Shown: positions 6,455-16,792 of the stretch, piece by piece
How positions within the stretch are numbered: position 1 is the stretch's first letter
How the letters are laid out: the number at the start of each line of letters is the position of its first letter
Source of the DNA: a virus
Taxonomy: Duplodnaviria > Caudoviricetes
IMG/VR virus record: IMGVR_UViG_3300012038_000028
Location: 1 to 35,130 of that record
Reading direction: 5' to 3' (one strand)
Length of the DNA: 35,130 nt
Made by a program: the position numbers and the translations under genes
The notes under the pieces: generated by a model
Seen by the model: the letters and a program-made list of their open reading frames with translations, nothing else
What the model was told of the DNA's origin: nothing
Databases searched by the model: none

Positions 6455-8053
6455 ATGGCCCGACCACGTACTACTCATGTTGCTGAGCGTCCTGAGCTAC
6501 TGCTACTAGAGGGCAGTCTGCAGGATCGCTTCTTGCGTAGTAAGGCAAAGCTACAAGTCTACGGCGGTGGCTTCGGCAATGGTAAGACTACTGCTGCTGT
6601 CATCAAGGCAATACAACTCGCTGATCAATACCCAGGTAGCACTGGTCTTATATCACGTAGCACGTATCCGAAGCTGAATGACACTATACGTAAGGAGTTC
6701 CTGAAATGGTGTCCGCCTACGTGGATTACGTCTTTCAGCACTGGTCAAAACGGCGACAACATATGTCACCTAAAGAACGGCACGACTATCTATTTCAGAT
6801 ATATAGCACAACAAGGGACGAAGACAGAGAGCAGTTCTTCCAATCTATTGAGCGCAACATTCGACTGGGTGATAGTGGATCAAGTGGAAGACCCGGAGAT
6901 AACGCACAAGGACTTTCTGGACTTGTTCGGCAGGCTTCGTGGCCGCGCACGCTACATAGGTGAAGATGCGTCTATGCCTGTGACTGGGCCTAGATGGATG
7001 ATGCTGACGTGCAATCCTACTGGCAACTGGGTGTACACGAAGTTGGTACGTCCGTTGATGCAGTATGAACAGAGCGGCATTATCAGCGAAGACTTAGTAT
7101 GTGTACGTGACGTAGACCGTAAACCAGTGCTAGGTGCAGATGGACGACCTCAGTTGCTCATCGAAGTTATTGAAGGTAGCACCTATGAACTACGCCATGT
7201 TCATGAAGCTGAGGGTGGAGACTTTATTGCAACGCTTGAAACCATGTATAGTGGACAACAGAGAGATCGCTTTCTGCTTGGCAAATGGGTGGCCTACGAA
7301 GGATTGGTGTATCCGCAGTACGACAACGCATTGCACCTACTACACGAAGGCGACATCCACGCGCTACTCGACGCTCTCATTGAAACACGCTACCAACCTA
7401 ATTGGATTGAAGGCTACGATTGGGGGCTAGCACAACCTAGTTGCTACATGCTTGCGTTCGTCACTCCTGAGAAGCACGTCATCATCGTTGACGGCTTCTA
7501 CAAGAAGGAGATGTCGTTAGACGAACAGGTTGCAGCTATACGACGTATAAGAGCAGAGTGGAATGCTGAGCTAGATGACATGAGCAAGGTGCTAGCTGAT
7601 CCTAACATCTTCGGTCGTAAGACTGTACACAAGCGCACAGTCGGCAAGACGATTGCTGAGATGTTCAAGGATGAAGGCATCTACATGCGTCGTGGTAACA
7701 ATGACATCAACAACGGTGTTATCAAAGTCGGCGGTTATCTGAACGTAGACTTCAAACTGCTACACCCGATCAAGCGTGCAGCACCCTCTCCACGTTTGTT
7801 CGTCAACGCCAAGCTCGACTGGTGGAGTGATGAGTGCAGCGGCTACTACTGGCAGCAGTCTACTAGCGGCGAGCGCATAGACAAGCCAATCGACCGCAAC
7901 GATCACGCGATGGATACCACGCGCTACATACTGAGCGACATGCCTGTGATTGGCAAGTACTCAATCCCTGCATCAGAGCGTGTGCCGAGTTGGATGATGT
8001 GGCACGAGCGCGAACGTGATAGCGAGCATTCAAGGAAGCACCGCTATGGCTGA
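6455..8053 (+). CDS. terL: Terminase large subunit
   Basis: Walker A GGFGNGKT, Walker B-like WVIVDQVE, coupling motif LTCNP, nuclease motifs GYDWG and NDHAMDTTRY. Confidence 0.95.
   Translation: MARPRTTHVAERPELLLLEGSLQDRFLRSKAKLQVYGGGFGNGKTTAAVIKAIQLADQYPGSTGLISRSTYPKLNDTIRKEFLKWCPPTWITSFSTGQNGDNICHLKNGTTIYFRYIAQQGTKTESSSSNLLSATFDWVIVDQVEDPEITHKDFLDLFGRLRGRARYIGEDASMPVTGPRWMMLTCNPTGNWVYTKLVRPLMQYEQSGIISEDLVCVRDVDRKPVLGADGRPQLLIEVIEGSTYELRHVHEAEGGDFIATLETMYSGQQRDRFLLGKWVAYEGLVYPQYDNALHLLHEGDIHALLDALIETRYQPNWIEGYDWGLAQPSCYMLAFVTPEKHVIIVDGFYKKEMSLDEQVAAIRRIRAEWNAELDDMSKVLADPNIFGRKTVHKRTVGKTIAEMFKDEGIYMRRGNNDINNGVIKVGGYLNVDFKLLHPIKRAAPSPRLFVNAKLDWWSDECSGYYWQQSTSGERIDKPIDRNDHAMDTTRYILSDMPVIGKYSIPASERVPSWMMWHERERDSEHSRKHRYG
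7537..7549. repeat. TATAC-N3-GTATA palindrome (in terL)
   Basis: TATACGACGTATA. Confidence 0.8.
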
Positions 8054-10355
8054 GTATGATCAAGGTGAAGAATACAACCGTCGCGCTGAGCCTGCTACTG
8101 ATGTCAACAGTTATGAAGGTGTGATGTCTCCCGACACGCCTGCTGTAGACGATCAACCCATCTACCGCATGATTGGTGAGAGCAAGATACCTGTCAGCAA
8201 ACACCGTGGCCCGTTGTGGCGTAGTCGCTACGATCAGGGCAAGTCGGCTATGAGTAAGAACGTCAAGGCGTGGGAGGAAGCGTATAGGTACTACAGACAT
8301 GATCACTCTCGCACCAACACATCACCACGTGGCGATCAAGATGATAGCAGCGGCGGTAAGACACTGCAAGGCTCACTCGACAACACTGAGAACATGGTGT
8401 TTGCCAACGTTAGTGCACTCGTGCCCATGTTGTTCACTAAGAACCCCGATGCTGAGTTCACTAGTGAGGACAAAGAAGATCAAGAACAGACACGCATAAC
8501 AGAGAAGTTGGTCAACATACTAGCAGCCAAGAAGACATCGCCAGGATTGAACCTCAAGCGCAAGGTCAAACGCAACATCGTCAGTACTAGTCTATGCAAT
8601 GTCGGTTGGTTTGAAGTTGGCTACACACTCCGTGAGCAGTCCAGTGAAGCTGCACTAGAGGAAGTCAAACTGCTAAGCGCGCAGCTTGAGAAGGCTGAAA
8701 GTCAGAAGGACATCAAGGAGATTGAAGGCAAGCTGCTTGCGCTTGAAGAAACCATTGACATGCTCACACCTAGTGGTCCGTGGGTGAAAGTACGTAGACC
8801 TGATCAAGTCATCGTTGATCCAACAGCTACCGACTTAGACCTTAGCGGTGCATGTAATTGGGTGATGATTGAAGACCTCATGTATACTGCACTGCTCCGT
8901 GCACGATATGGACGTAAGAAGCCAGGCACTGATGAGTGGGAAAGCGTATTCTCACCTACCAACGTCATTAAGGCTGGTGTTAGTCCAGATCAAGGTGACA
9001 GAGGGCAGACAGACAACTTTCAACTGTTCAGTTACTCTACAAGCGAGCACAGTAAGTACGGGTATGCAGATCAACGCTCGTTCTTAGCTGCGCAGATGAC
9101 AAAGGTGGTCTATGTGTGGGACAAAACTACCCGCAGAGTTGAGTTATACAACTGTAACGACTGGTGTTATCCTCTCTGGGTATGGGATGATCCCTACTCA
9201 CTTGATCAATTCTTTACAGCAGTGCCAATGGAGTTTCATACCGATCCTATTACCATGTACTCTAAAGGAGAAGTCACCTACTACCTTGATCAACAAGACG
9301 ACTTGAACATCATCAACAATGAGTGGGCCAAAGTACGCAAGTTCGCAGCAGGCAAGATCGCATACGATAAGAACTCACTCAAGGATGGTTCTATACTAGA
9401 GAGCCTGATAGCAGGCACGAGTGACACCAATGCACTTGGCGTTGACCTACCAGAGGGAAAGAAGCTCGGTGATGTGCTCGGTGCACTGTTGCCACCTAGC
9501 GCAGATGCAATCAAGTTCTTCGATAAGAAACCAGTACTCGAAGCCATTGACCGACTATCTGGCGTCACGTCCGTACAGCGTGGTGTGGAGTACAAGACCA
9601 ACACCACGAATAGAGCTATCGAGAGCTACGAAAGTCAGGTGCAAACTCGCGCAGATGAGAAGATGGATGCTATCGAGGATAGCGTCGGCACTGTGTTGTG
9701 GCTCGTTGCACAGATGTGTATGCAGTTCATGCGCACTGAAGAAGTGGCAACGCTCGTGGGAGATGAACTGGCATCTAAGTGGAAGCAGATAGACGCACGC
9801 ACTATTCAACAGAAGTTCACACCACGTGTTGTAGGTGGTAGCTCACTCAAGCCGACTAGCAGAGCGAAGAAAGAGCAAGCACTGCAGATTAGTCAGATCA
9901 TCGGCCAGTTTACACGTGCTACGCCGATAGCTGCTGTTGTAGCACTCAAGGTGCTGTCTGTTGCCTTCGACAACGTAGTGATCAGTCAAGAAGACTGGGA
10001 GCTAATCTACAAAGGCATCATGAAGGAGGCTGCTGCACCACCGCCTGAACAGATCGAACAAGAGAAGATGGCTGAACAAGGTCAGCAACAGAGTAGAGAT
10101 CGTGTTGTGCAGATGGCGCAAGCACGTCAACAGGCACAAGGTGCACAAGCTGGTGGTGGTGGCGGCGCTCCACAAGGTGGTGGTGGAGATGAGATTGACA
10201 ACATTGCTCAAATAGTGCAGCAAGTGGCTAGACTTATCGACGGTTTGCCACCTGAAATCAAGCAAACACTCGGTGTGCAACTCGCACGTGGTCGCAGTGT
10301 AGCTGACATAGCTACGCAGATGATACAACAACTGCAACAAGGCGCTGTTGCGTAG
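8046..10355 (+). CDS. Portal protein
   Basis: About 769 aa directly after terL, with a helical, Gln-rich C-terminus typical of podovirus portals. ATG 8046 follows AAGGAAG. Confidence 0.85.
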   Translation: MAEYDQGEEYNRRAEPATDVNSYEGVMSPDTPAVDDQPIYRMIGESKIPVSKHRGPLWRSRYDQGKSAMSKNVKAWEEAYRYYRHDHSRTNTSPRGDQDDSSGGKTLQGSLDNTENMVFANVSALVPMLFTKNPDAEFTSEDKEDQEQTRITEKLVNILAAKKTSPGLNLKRKVKRNIVSTSLCNVGWFEVGYTLREQSSEAALEEVKLLSAQLEKAESQKDIKEIEGKLLALEETIDMLTPSGPWVKVRRPDQVIVDPTATDLDLSGACNWVMIEDLMYTALLRARYGRKKPGTDEWESVFSPTNVIKAGVSPDQGDRGQTDNFQLFSYSTSEHSKYGYADQRSFLAAQMTKVVYVWDKTTRRVELYNCNDWCYPLWVWDDPYSLDQFFTAVPMEFHTDPITMYSKGEVTYYLDQQDDLNIINNEWAKVRKFAAGKIAYDKNSLKDGSILESLIAGTSDTNALGVDLPEGKKLGDVLGALLPPSADAIKFFDKKPVLEAIDRLSGVTSVQRGVEYKTNTTNRAIESYESQVQTRADEKMDAIEDSVGTVLWLVAQMCMQFMRTEEVATLVGDELASKWKQIDARTIQQKFTPRVVGGSSLKPTSRAKKEQALQISQIIGQFTRATPIAAVVALKVLSVAFDNVVISQEDWELIYKGIMKEAAAPPPEQIEQEKMAEQGQQQSRDRVVQMAQARQQAQGAQAGGGGGAPQGGGGDEIDNIAQIVQQVARLIDGLPPEIKQTLGVQLARGRSVADIATQMIQQLQQGAVA

Positions 10356-10367
10356 TAGGAGGCTCCA

Positions 10368-11438
10368 ATGCCGGAAGAAAAAGACCTCATGTCGCAAGTT
10401 GGTGAGAGCTTTGGCATCAAGGATGATGCACAGCAGTCACAAACAGACGATACAGGCGGTGAAGGTGGTCAACTTCAGCCTGATGACCTACAAGGTGAGC
10501 AGCAACAGCCACAGAATGTGCAGCAGGACGGCGGTGAGCAGACAGAAACCGGCTCAGATCGTCATCAGCCACGCAAAGCAGACGACAAAGAGCAACTGTT
10601 CACTGACAAACCACGTAAAGGACCACGCGGCGAGCTACTTGGTAAGGATGGACAGGTAGTTGCGACTACACGGCGTGAGAAGCAGCTAGCCTACAACCTC
10701 AATCGTGCGCAGTACGCAGCAAATCAAGCATCTCGTCAGCTTAGACAGATGCAGCAGCACTTGCAGCACTACCAAGGCTTCGATCAAGTCATCAAACAGA
10801 ACAACCTGTCTCCGCAGATGGTGCAAGAGGCACTACAACTGCGTGCGATGGCGGAGAAAGACCCAATCACAGCCGTCCGTGACGTAGTTGCACGTGTTCT
10901 AGCAACTGGCATCACGATGGAGCAGCTATTCGGTACTGATGCAGTGCCTAACATCGACGCACGCATCATTACCAACGAACTTGACCGCCGATTAGGGCCG
11001 GTTGAGCAGAAAGCACGCGCAGAGCAGCAACAAGCTCAACTCAACGACCGTGCACAAGACATGATGGAGAAATTCATCAATGATCATCCTCATGCTGAAA
11101 CGCATGGCACTGAAATCAGTGGACTAGTACAGAACCACGGTCTTTCACCAGAGCGTGCGTACTTTGAGCTACGTAGTTGGGTAGAACGCAGAGGCTTTGA
11201 CTTCACGTCACCACTCCGACCACAGATTGAGGCAGCTATGAAGCGCCAACAGAACGGTGGTGGTGGTCAACGTCCTCAACGCAGGCAACAGCCAACAACT
11301 CCTGGCAGCATGCGTAGCATCTCGCCTAATGGCAGTGTCCCAACACACGATACGAACAATTCGCGTGGAGACTTCAAGAGCAACACGCCTTGGCGTGATA
11401 TTGCTAGTGCGGTGTTCACAGAACTCAACAATAAGTAG
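10368..11438 (+). CDS. Capsid scaffolding protein
   Basis: AGGAGG RBS. Acidic disordered N-terminus and coiled coils. Lies between portal and capsid. Confidence 0.75.
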   Translation: MPEEKDLMSQVGESFGIKDDAQQSQTDDTGGEGGQLQPDDLQGEQQQPQNVQQDGGEQTETGSDRHQPRKADDKEQLFTDKPRKGPRGELLGKDGQVVATTRREKQLAYNLNRAQYAANQASRQLRQMQQHLQHYQGFDQVIKQNNLSPQMVQEALQLRAMAEKDPITAVRDVVARVLATGITMEQLFGTDAVPNIDARIITNELDRRLGPVEQKARAEQQQAQLNDRAQDMMEKFINDHPHAETHGTEISGLVQNHGLSPERAYFELRSWVERRGFDFTSPLRPQIEAAMKRQQNGGGGQRPQRRQQPTTPGSMRSISPNGSVPTHDTNNSRGDFKSNTPWRDIASAVFTELNNK

Positions 11439-11450
11439 GACACATCAACA

Positions 11451-12401
11451 ATGCCTGTACTCCAAAACGTCCTCGCGACGACGCTTGAGCGTTCAAGGAA
11501 GAAGCTCATCGTCGCCGCCATGCAGAGCAACGCGCTCATGGCGTGGTGCTTCGCACGTGACCGCATTGAGAACGAAGCAAGCGGTTACAACATCACCAAT
11601 CCACTGTTGACAGGTCGCAATCCGACAGTGGGCAGTTACAGCTACTACGACAGCTTGCCTGTGCAACAGACGCAGGAGTTCATCAAGCTTGAATATAGGT
11701 GGAGTCGTATTGCTGGCACTGTCATCATCAGCAATCAGGAAGAAGACGAGAACAAGGGTGAGCAAGCCTCTGTCAAGCTGTTGCAGGGCAAGCTTGAGGC
11801 ACTTGAACTCTCCATCAAGGAGAAGTTCTCCATCTACCTGTACGGCCTCGGTGGTGGCAATGATCCGAATGGACTTGCTATTCTTGTACCTGACGATCCT
11901 ACCACTGGAGCACTCGCTGGTGTTGATCGTGCGACTGAAGTACAGTGGAGGCCGTCTAGCTACGACTTCGCAGGTACTCTCAACGCAACGAACATCGAAG
12001 AAGCATACGACGATGTTCTGCTCGACCTCAAGCAAGGCACAGAGCGTCCTAAAGTTATCATTGCAGGACGCAATCACTATCGCCTGTATCGTGCTGCGGT
12101 TCGTGCGAAGCTCACCATCCCGCTCACCAACACGAGCGCGGGCAAGCGTATGATGGACTTGGGCTTCGATGGTGTCAGTCACAACGGTGTGCCGATCATC
12201 TACGATGAGAGTTGCCCGGTTGATCGTGCATACTTCATCAATGACACCTACATGCGCCTTCATATCCTCGGTGACAACAACATGAAGAATGTTGACCTCA
12301 CTGCACCGTGGACAATCGACGGCTACGGTCAGCGTGTCATCACTCAGTGTCAGTTCTGCACGTGGAAGCAGTACCGCACACACGCAGTCGTCAACGACTA
12401 G
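11451..12401 (+). CDS. Major capsid protein
   Basis: 316 aa after the scaffold. Motifs YSYYDSL, YRWSRIAGTVIIS...N.G...VKLL..KLE..E.S, and LGFDGVSHNGVPIIYD are typical of phage HK97-fold capsids. Confidence 0.88.
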   Translation: MPVLQNVLATTLERSRKKLIVAAMQSNALMAWCFARDRIENEASGYNITNPLLTGRNPTVGSYSYYDSLPVQQTQEFIKLEYRWSRIAGTVIISNQEEDENKGEQASVKLLQGKLEALELSIKEKFSIYLYGLGGGNDPNGLAILVPDDPTTGALAGVDRATEVQWRPSSYDFAGTLNATNIEEAYDDVLLDLKQGTERPKVIIAGRNHYRLYRAAVRAKLTIPLTNTSAGKRMMDLGFDGVSHNGVPIIYDESCPVDRAYFINDTYMRLHILGDNNMKNVDLTAPWTIDGYGQRVITQCQFCTWKQYRTHAVVND

Positions 12402-12411
12402 TCTAGTCACT

Positions 12412-12424
12412 TATACGCTGTATA
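12412..12424. repeat. TATAC-N3-GTATA palindrome (after capsid stop, before next RBS)
   Basis: TATACGCTGTATA. Confidence 0.85.
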
Positions 12425-12437
12425 GCAGGAGTTACCA

Positions 12438-12884
12438 ATGGCAAGCGAACCTACACCTGTCGTTAGCTTCAATGAGCGACCAATGCAGGCACTCACTATG
12501 GATGAGCACCGCAAGGCTGTGCCTGCATACACTGTCGAACCGATGAAGCGTAAGACAGTGGTCAATCGCACCGTGAAGGATGAGATTGGCTTCCGTGTCG
12601 TACCGACAGAGATTGAAGTCGAAGGCTACATGGTTCGCACGCTGCGTGGTGATAGTGTGTTCCTCAAACACGATGACATCGTGAGGATGAAGTTAGATCG
12701 TAACCTTGTACCTTTGTTGTATGAAGGTGGCGACGATACACCAGTTGGAATGCAGCCTGTGAATGCTGCATTGTCGAGTAAACAGAAACAAGCTCTCGAC
12801 CTTGTGACGCAGCTTCTAGAGAGCGACCCTAGTATGGTCGAGAAGTTGCTTGCAGCTAGAGAGCAACCGCAAGAGGATAAGTAA
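12438..12884 (+). CDS. Hypothetical protein (148 aa)
   Basis: AGGAG RBS, within the head gene cluster. Confidence 0.75.
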   Translation: MASEPTPVVSFNERPMQALTMDEHRKAVPAYTVEPMKRKTVVNRTVKDEIGFRVVPTEIEVEGYMVRTLRGDSVFLKHDDIVRMKLDRNLVPLLYEGGDDTPVGMQPVNAALSSKQKQALDLVTQLLESDPSMVEKLLAAREQPQEDK

Positions 12885-13541
12885 ATGACGGTACAAGCTG
12901 CTGTTCCTGCAATGCGTCGTATCAATCACCGTGTAGCAGACTTGCACTACGCGGCTGATGTTGGTATCGACGGTCTGTGCACTGTTGACATTCCTGCACT
13001 CGTTGCAGCGAATGCAACTGCTATCATCAACGCTCAGTCGATTGCTGCTGCTGGCTCTGTTGCGCCATCGGTGCTGTTTACTGATCTACTCATGGGCCGT
13101 TATGGTCGCAATCTGACGGTCGTTGCGAGTGGTGCTGCTACTAGCAACGTCACCATCACAGGTTACGACTATCTCGGTCAGACGATCAAAGAGAGCTTCA
13201 CTCTCGCCGGTGCTGCACCTGTAGTCGGCAAGAAGATGTACAAGGACGTTTCTCTTGTCACCTTCGGCCTCACTGCTGGTACTACGATCAACGTCGGTGT
13301 TGGTGCTGTGTTGGGTGTGCCTTACAAAGTACTGCATACCAGTCTCATCGGTGAGTTGACTAGCGATGTGACTGCTGCAGCTGGTGCACTCGTTGCTGGT
13401 GTACCTGTGCAGACGCTCACTAGCGGTGATCCGCGTGGTCAGTACACGCCTGCAGCGGCACCTGATGGTACGCGTTGGTATCGCTTCACATGCGTCGTAG
13501 ATCGCAACAACCTGCACGGTAGCGCGCACGTTGTTGCATAG
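12885..13541 (+). CDS. Probable virion structural/decoration protein
   Basis: Ala/Val/Thr/Gly-rich, beta-type composition. GAGGA RBS. Follows the capsid cluster. Confidence 0.6.
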   Translation: MTVQAAVPAMRRINHRVADLHYAADVGIDGLCTVDIPALVAANATAIINAQSIAAAGSVAPSVLFTDLLMGRYGRNLTVVASGAATSNVTITGYDYLGQTIKESFTLAGAAPVVGKKMYKDVSLVTFGLTAGTTINVGVGAVLGVPYKVLHTSLIGELTSDVTAAAGALVAGVPVQTLTSGDPRGQYTPAAAPDGTRWYRFTCVVDRNNLHGSAHVVA

Positions 13542-13578
13542 TAGTTGTCTCACGCCGTACTCGTGATGGGGTTCGGTG

Positions 13579-13627
13579 GGACAGAGTGGCCTGCGTGTGT
13601 CTCGACGCGCACGCAGGCTGCTTGTCC
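13579..13627 (+). terminator. Long intergenic stem-loop after the head genes (terminator or processing site)
   Basis: GGACAGAGTGGCCTGCGTG...CACGCAGGCTGCTTGTCC inverted repeat with only a weak U tract. Confidence 0.5.
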
Positions 13628-13648
13628 TGTTGTATCTAGGGGACGACG

Positions 13649-14290
13649 ATGATCACATTCGGACAGATCATTACGAAGGTGTTGCAACGACTTGCACTCG
13701 TTGAAGGGCTTGATGCACAGATATACGCAGAGCCACGTATTCAGTTGGCTGTACAGCACAAGTTCGATTTGTTGTTTAGAGAGTTCTGGCTACCAGAGTA
13801 TACAACTATTCAAGAAGAATACACACTCGACGGCGTGACAGGACAAGTCACAGGCGACCTCACAAACAAACTCAATGATTGGCGTGATCTACACTCTGTC
13901 ATGTGGGAAGGCTCACATAAGCCACTACCACGTGCACCACTCAATGTGCGTGATACAGACATCAGCTATCCGAGTATCAGGCAGCAAGCTACAAATGCTT
14001 CAAAGATGTTCAAGATACTACCAACTACAACGACAGGTAAGGTGTGGGTGACATATCGCACGAAGCCTGCAGACTTTGAAGATGATGCTGATCCTATATA
14101 CATGGACACGCAGTTGTTGCTACTCGGCACGTGTTGGGACGTGTTAGAAGACGATGGCACCAATCCGGGTGCGAGTGATAAGTTCCGCACGCTATTCCAA
14201 GATGCACTCAGTCAGTTCAACAGACAAGGACACAACATACCACTAGATACCATCCCTGCTGCACGCTCAACTACTAATCGGTGGACGTAG
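13649..14290 (+). CDS. Tail adaptor / tail tubular protein A-like
   Basis: 213 aa. Position before the large nozzle gene is typical of podoviruses. Confidence 0.65.
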   Translation: MITFGQIITKVLQRLALVEGLDAQIYAEPRIQLAVQHKFDLLFREFWLPEYTTIQEEYTLDGVTGQVTGDLTNKLNDWRDLHSVMWEGSHKPLPRAPLNVRDTDISYPSIRQQATNASKMFKILPTTTTGKVWVTYRTKPADFEDDADPIYMDTQLLLLGTCWDVLEDDGTNPGASDKFRTLFQDALSQFNRQGHNIPLDTIPAARSTTNRWT

Positions 14291-14294
14291 TACG

Positions 14295-16772
14295 ATGGTA
14301 CAAATGTTGACACGTTCGTTGAAGCCACTCGGCAGGCCGAAGCAGGCACGACCAACCGCCAAGCTGCACAACACAACGATTAGAGACTTCGGCGGCGGTT
14401 TGAACGTTGTTGACAGCGAACAGAATTTGACGAGTAAGTTCTCTCCTATCTTCGATAACATGGTCACTTACACAGATAGGCGAGCAGGGCCACGTTACGG
14501 CTACGAGATGTGGCTCAAGTTGAAGACTGGTGAAGTGAGCAGTGGTAGTGTGACTATTACAGTCGCCACCACAGTCCAATCACGCATCGTTGCAATCAAC
14601 TGGGTAGCACACCCGTTCACAGGCAGTGGCTTCGAGCACATCACTATCAGTGGTTGGGATACTACGTTCCAAGACATTGTGCCAGAGATGATGAACCGCA
14701 CGCACGGTATTAGGCGTGTGATTGATGTCAACACATTTGAGATTGTGCTTACCAACTCCGCAACTGGCACAGGCACTAGTCCATCAGACACGATCAACTG
14801 GACACGTGACACACATATGCTAGGCGGTGAGCCTATCGAAGCGAAGTACTTTGCTAACTACGTGGTGCTGTGGTCTAGTGTCGGTGAGATACTAATCATC
14901 GACAGGTTCAAAGGTATACAGCGTATATGGTCACAAGCTGTTGCATTCTCACTCGCAGCCAACCCGATTGGATGGACACACACTGAGTTGATCGCTAGTG
15001 ACATCTTCGGCAAGGAGTTGATCTGCAGCAATGGTAGAGACAAGCCACTCGCACTAGACTTCACACGTGATGTGGGTCAGTGGGTGTTGTATCTAGTAGA
15101 CCCTGGCAACGTCAGTAGCAACGACAAGGTGCCAGCCTTCGACGCATGTAAGTCGGCATTCAGGTTCTTCACTATACACGATACAGAGCCTGCAACACTG
15201 CCAGAGCACGCAACAGAAATACGCATCGCTGCTAAGGACACCGCTATGGTGTTCAGCGATGCACCTGATCCTGCTGACGCTGTTGACATCAACATGAGTA
15301 AGATCACTGCTAGCCCTGAGCAGACAGTGAGAGCGTTCGCAGTCATCAAGGATGCACTACTAGTCATCACGCCGACTGCAACGACGATGATGAAGTACAA
15401 CATCTACACCACTGATGGTCAACACGATCCACAGCCAGTCGATACACTCAATGGCTTCGGTACGAGTGCACCGCGTACAGTCGTTGAGATTGGTAGTGAC
15501 GTGTTCATGGTTGACTACAACGGTGTTCCGTCTGCCAAGCTGTCATCAGTTAGCAATGCCATCGTACCTGAGCGCGTGAGCAACTACGTCGAGACGATGT
15601 TCAGCAAGCACATCGGTCACATGCGTAAGGAGACAATGAGGCTGAAGGCGTTCGGCTTCTATGACAGCAAGAACAAGAGTGTACATTTCTACCTGCCGAA
15701 GTTCGATACACAGGATACACACATACTAGTCAACGATCCATTCTTCTTCGACAGAGACATGATGACAAATGAGTACACCAAGCGTGCGCTCATTATGCGT
15801 GCTGATGATCATCAACTAGAACAAGGCGACATCATCAACGTCACAGGAGCGATAGGCTTTGGTACTCTCAACGCTGCAGACATCAACGGCGAACGTACTA
15901 TCTTAGGTGTGCTGAATGAGAACTACTTACTCATATCTATTGGAGCAGACTTGCCCGCATCATTGCCAGAGACAAGCATCAGTGGTGGTGGCAACAACGT
16001 CATCTTCCAACCAATCATCGACGGCACCATTGGCTACATCTATCACTACGTGCCACAGTTGAAACTGTTCGCATGGTCACGGTTCAAGACTAAAGAACAT
16101 CTCAAGTTCAACTGTGGGTGTGGCACACTAGAAGGCCGCGCGTTCCTCTTTACACCTGACGGCTACATGATGCGCTATGGCTCACCTGATCACCAAGTGC
16201 ATGCTGACTGGTACGGCATGTATGATCACGCAGCGTGGGTTAGTGGGCAAGCGTACACAGTGGGTGAACGTGTATACGACGCGACTGATGGGCTTGTATA
16301 TAAGTGCTTGGTAGATGTCACAACGACTGCGGCTGACTTCAAGACTGCACGTGCGCAAGAGCCTGATAGTTGGGAGGAATACAAAGGCGAGCCGATTGAC
16401 TTTGCGTGGGAGTTGCCTTGGTCTGACTTCGGTGCTCGACAGTCTGTTAAAGGTCTACGCTTCGCACACATAGACGCGAACGGTGATGCACAGTTCACAC
16501 TCAGTCTGTTCGCTGACAACATCTACCGAGATGCGGCAACGGGACAACTGACACCAGCTAGACAACTTACCTTTGTGCCTAATGAGGCTGCTGCTTACGG
16601 CACTGGCATACAAGTGTACGGTGCTGGTAGACGTACACGCGAGCAGAAACTGTGGCAGATGCCTATGCACCTGAAGCTACTCAAGCCACGCATCAGTGGT
16701 AGTAGCACTGGCCCATTGAGCATCAACGCAATGAGTTTCATGTATCATCGAGGCAGTATGGTGCGAGGATGA
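14295..16772 (+). CDS. Tail nozzle / tail tubular protein B-like, with inserted domains
   Basis: 825 aa, N-terminal DFGGGLN motif, beta-rich, AWSRF near the C-terminus, and gene order. Confidence 0.75.
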   Translation: MVQMLTRSLKPLGRPKQARPTAKLHNTTIRDFGGGLNVVDSEQNLTSKFSPIFDNMVTYTDRRAGPRYGYEMWLKLKTGEVSSGSVTITVATTVQSRIVAINWVAHPFTGSGFEHITISGWDTTFQDIVPEMMNRTHGIRRVIDVNTFEIVLTNSATGTGTSPSDTINWTRDTHMLGGEPIEAKYFANYVVLWSSVGEILIIDRFKGIQRIWSQAVAFSLAANPIGWTHTELIASDIFGKELICSNGRDKPLALDFTRDVGQWVLYLVDPGNVSSNDKVPAFDACKSAFRFFTIHDTEPATLPEHATEIRIAAKDTAMVFSDAPDPADAVDINMSKITASPEQTVRAFAVIKDALLVITPTATTMMKYNIYTTDGQHDPQPVDTLNGFGTSAPRTVVEIGSDVFMVDYNGVPSAKLSSVSNAIVPERVSNYVETMFSKHIGHMRKETMRLKAFGFYDSKNKSVHFYLPKFDTQDTHILVNDPFFFDRDMMTNEYTKRALIMRADDHQLEQGDIINVTGAIGFGTLNAADINGERTILGVLNENYLLISIGADLPASLPETSISGGGNNVIFQPIIDGTIGYIYHYVPQLKLFAWSRFKTKEHLKFNCGCGTLEGRAFLFTPDGYMMRYGSPDHQVHADWYGMYDHAAWVSGQAYTVGERVYDATDGLVYKCLVDVTTTAADFKTARAQEPDSWEEYKGEPIDFAWELPWSDFGARQSVKGLRFAHIDANGDAQFTLSLFADNIYRDAATGQLTPARQLTFVPNEAAAYGTGIQVYGAGRRTREQKLWQMPMHLKLLKPRISGSSTGPLSINAMSFMYHRGSMVRG
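14915..14927. repeat. TATAC-N3-GTATA palindrome (in the nozzle CDS)
   Basis: TATACAGCGTATA. Confidence 0.8.
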
Positions 16773-16774
16773 CT

Positions 16775-16787
16775 TATACACCGTATA
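16775..16787. repeat. TATAC-N3-GTATA palindrome (5 bp upstream of the PR2 -35)
   Basis: TATACACCGTATA. Confidence 0.85.
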
Positions 16788-16792
16788 GCTAC

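Noticed and set aside
11493-12410. 305-aa minus-strand ORF
   Set aside because: It is the antisense shadow of the major capsid gene, with no RBS or recognisable motifs.
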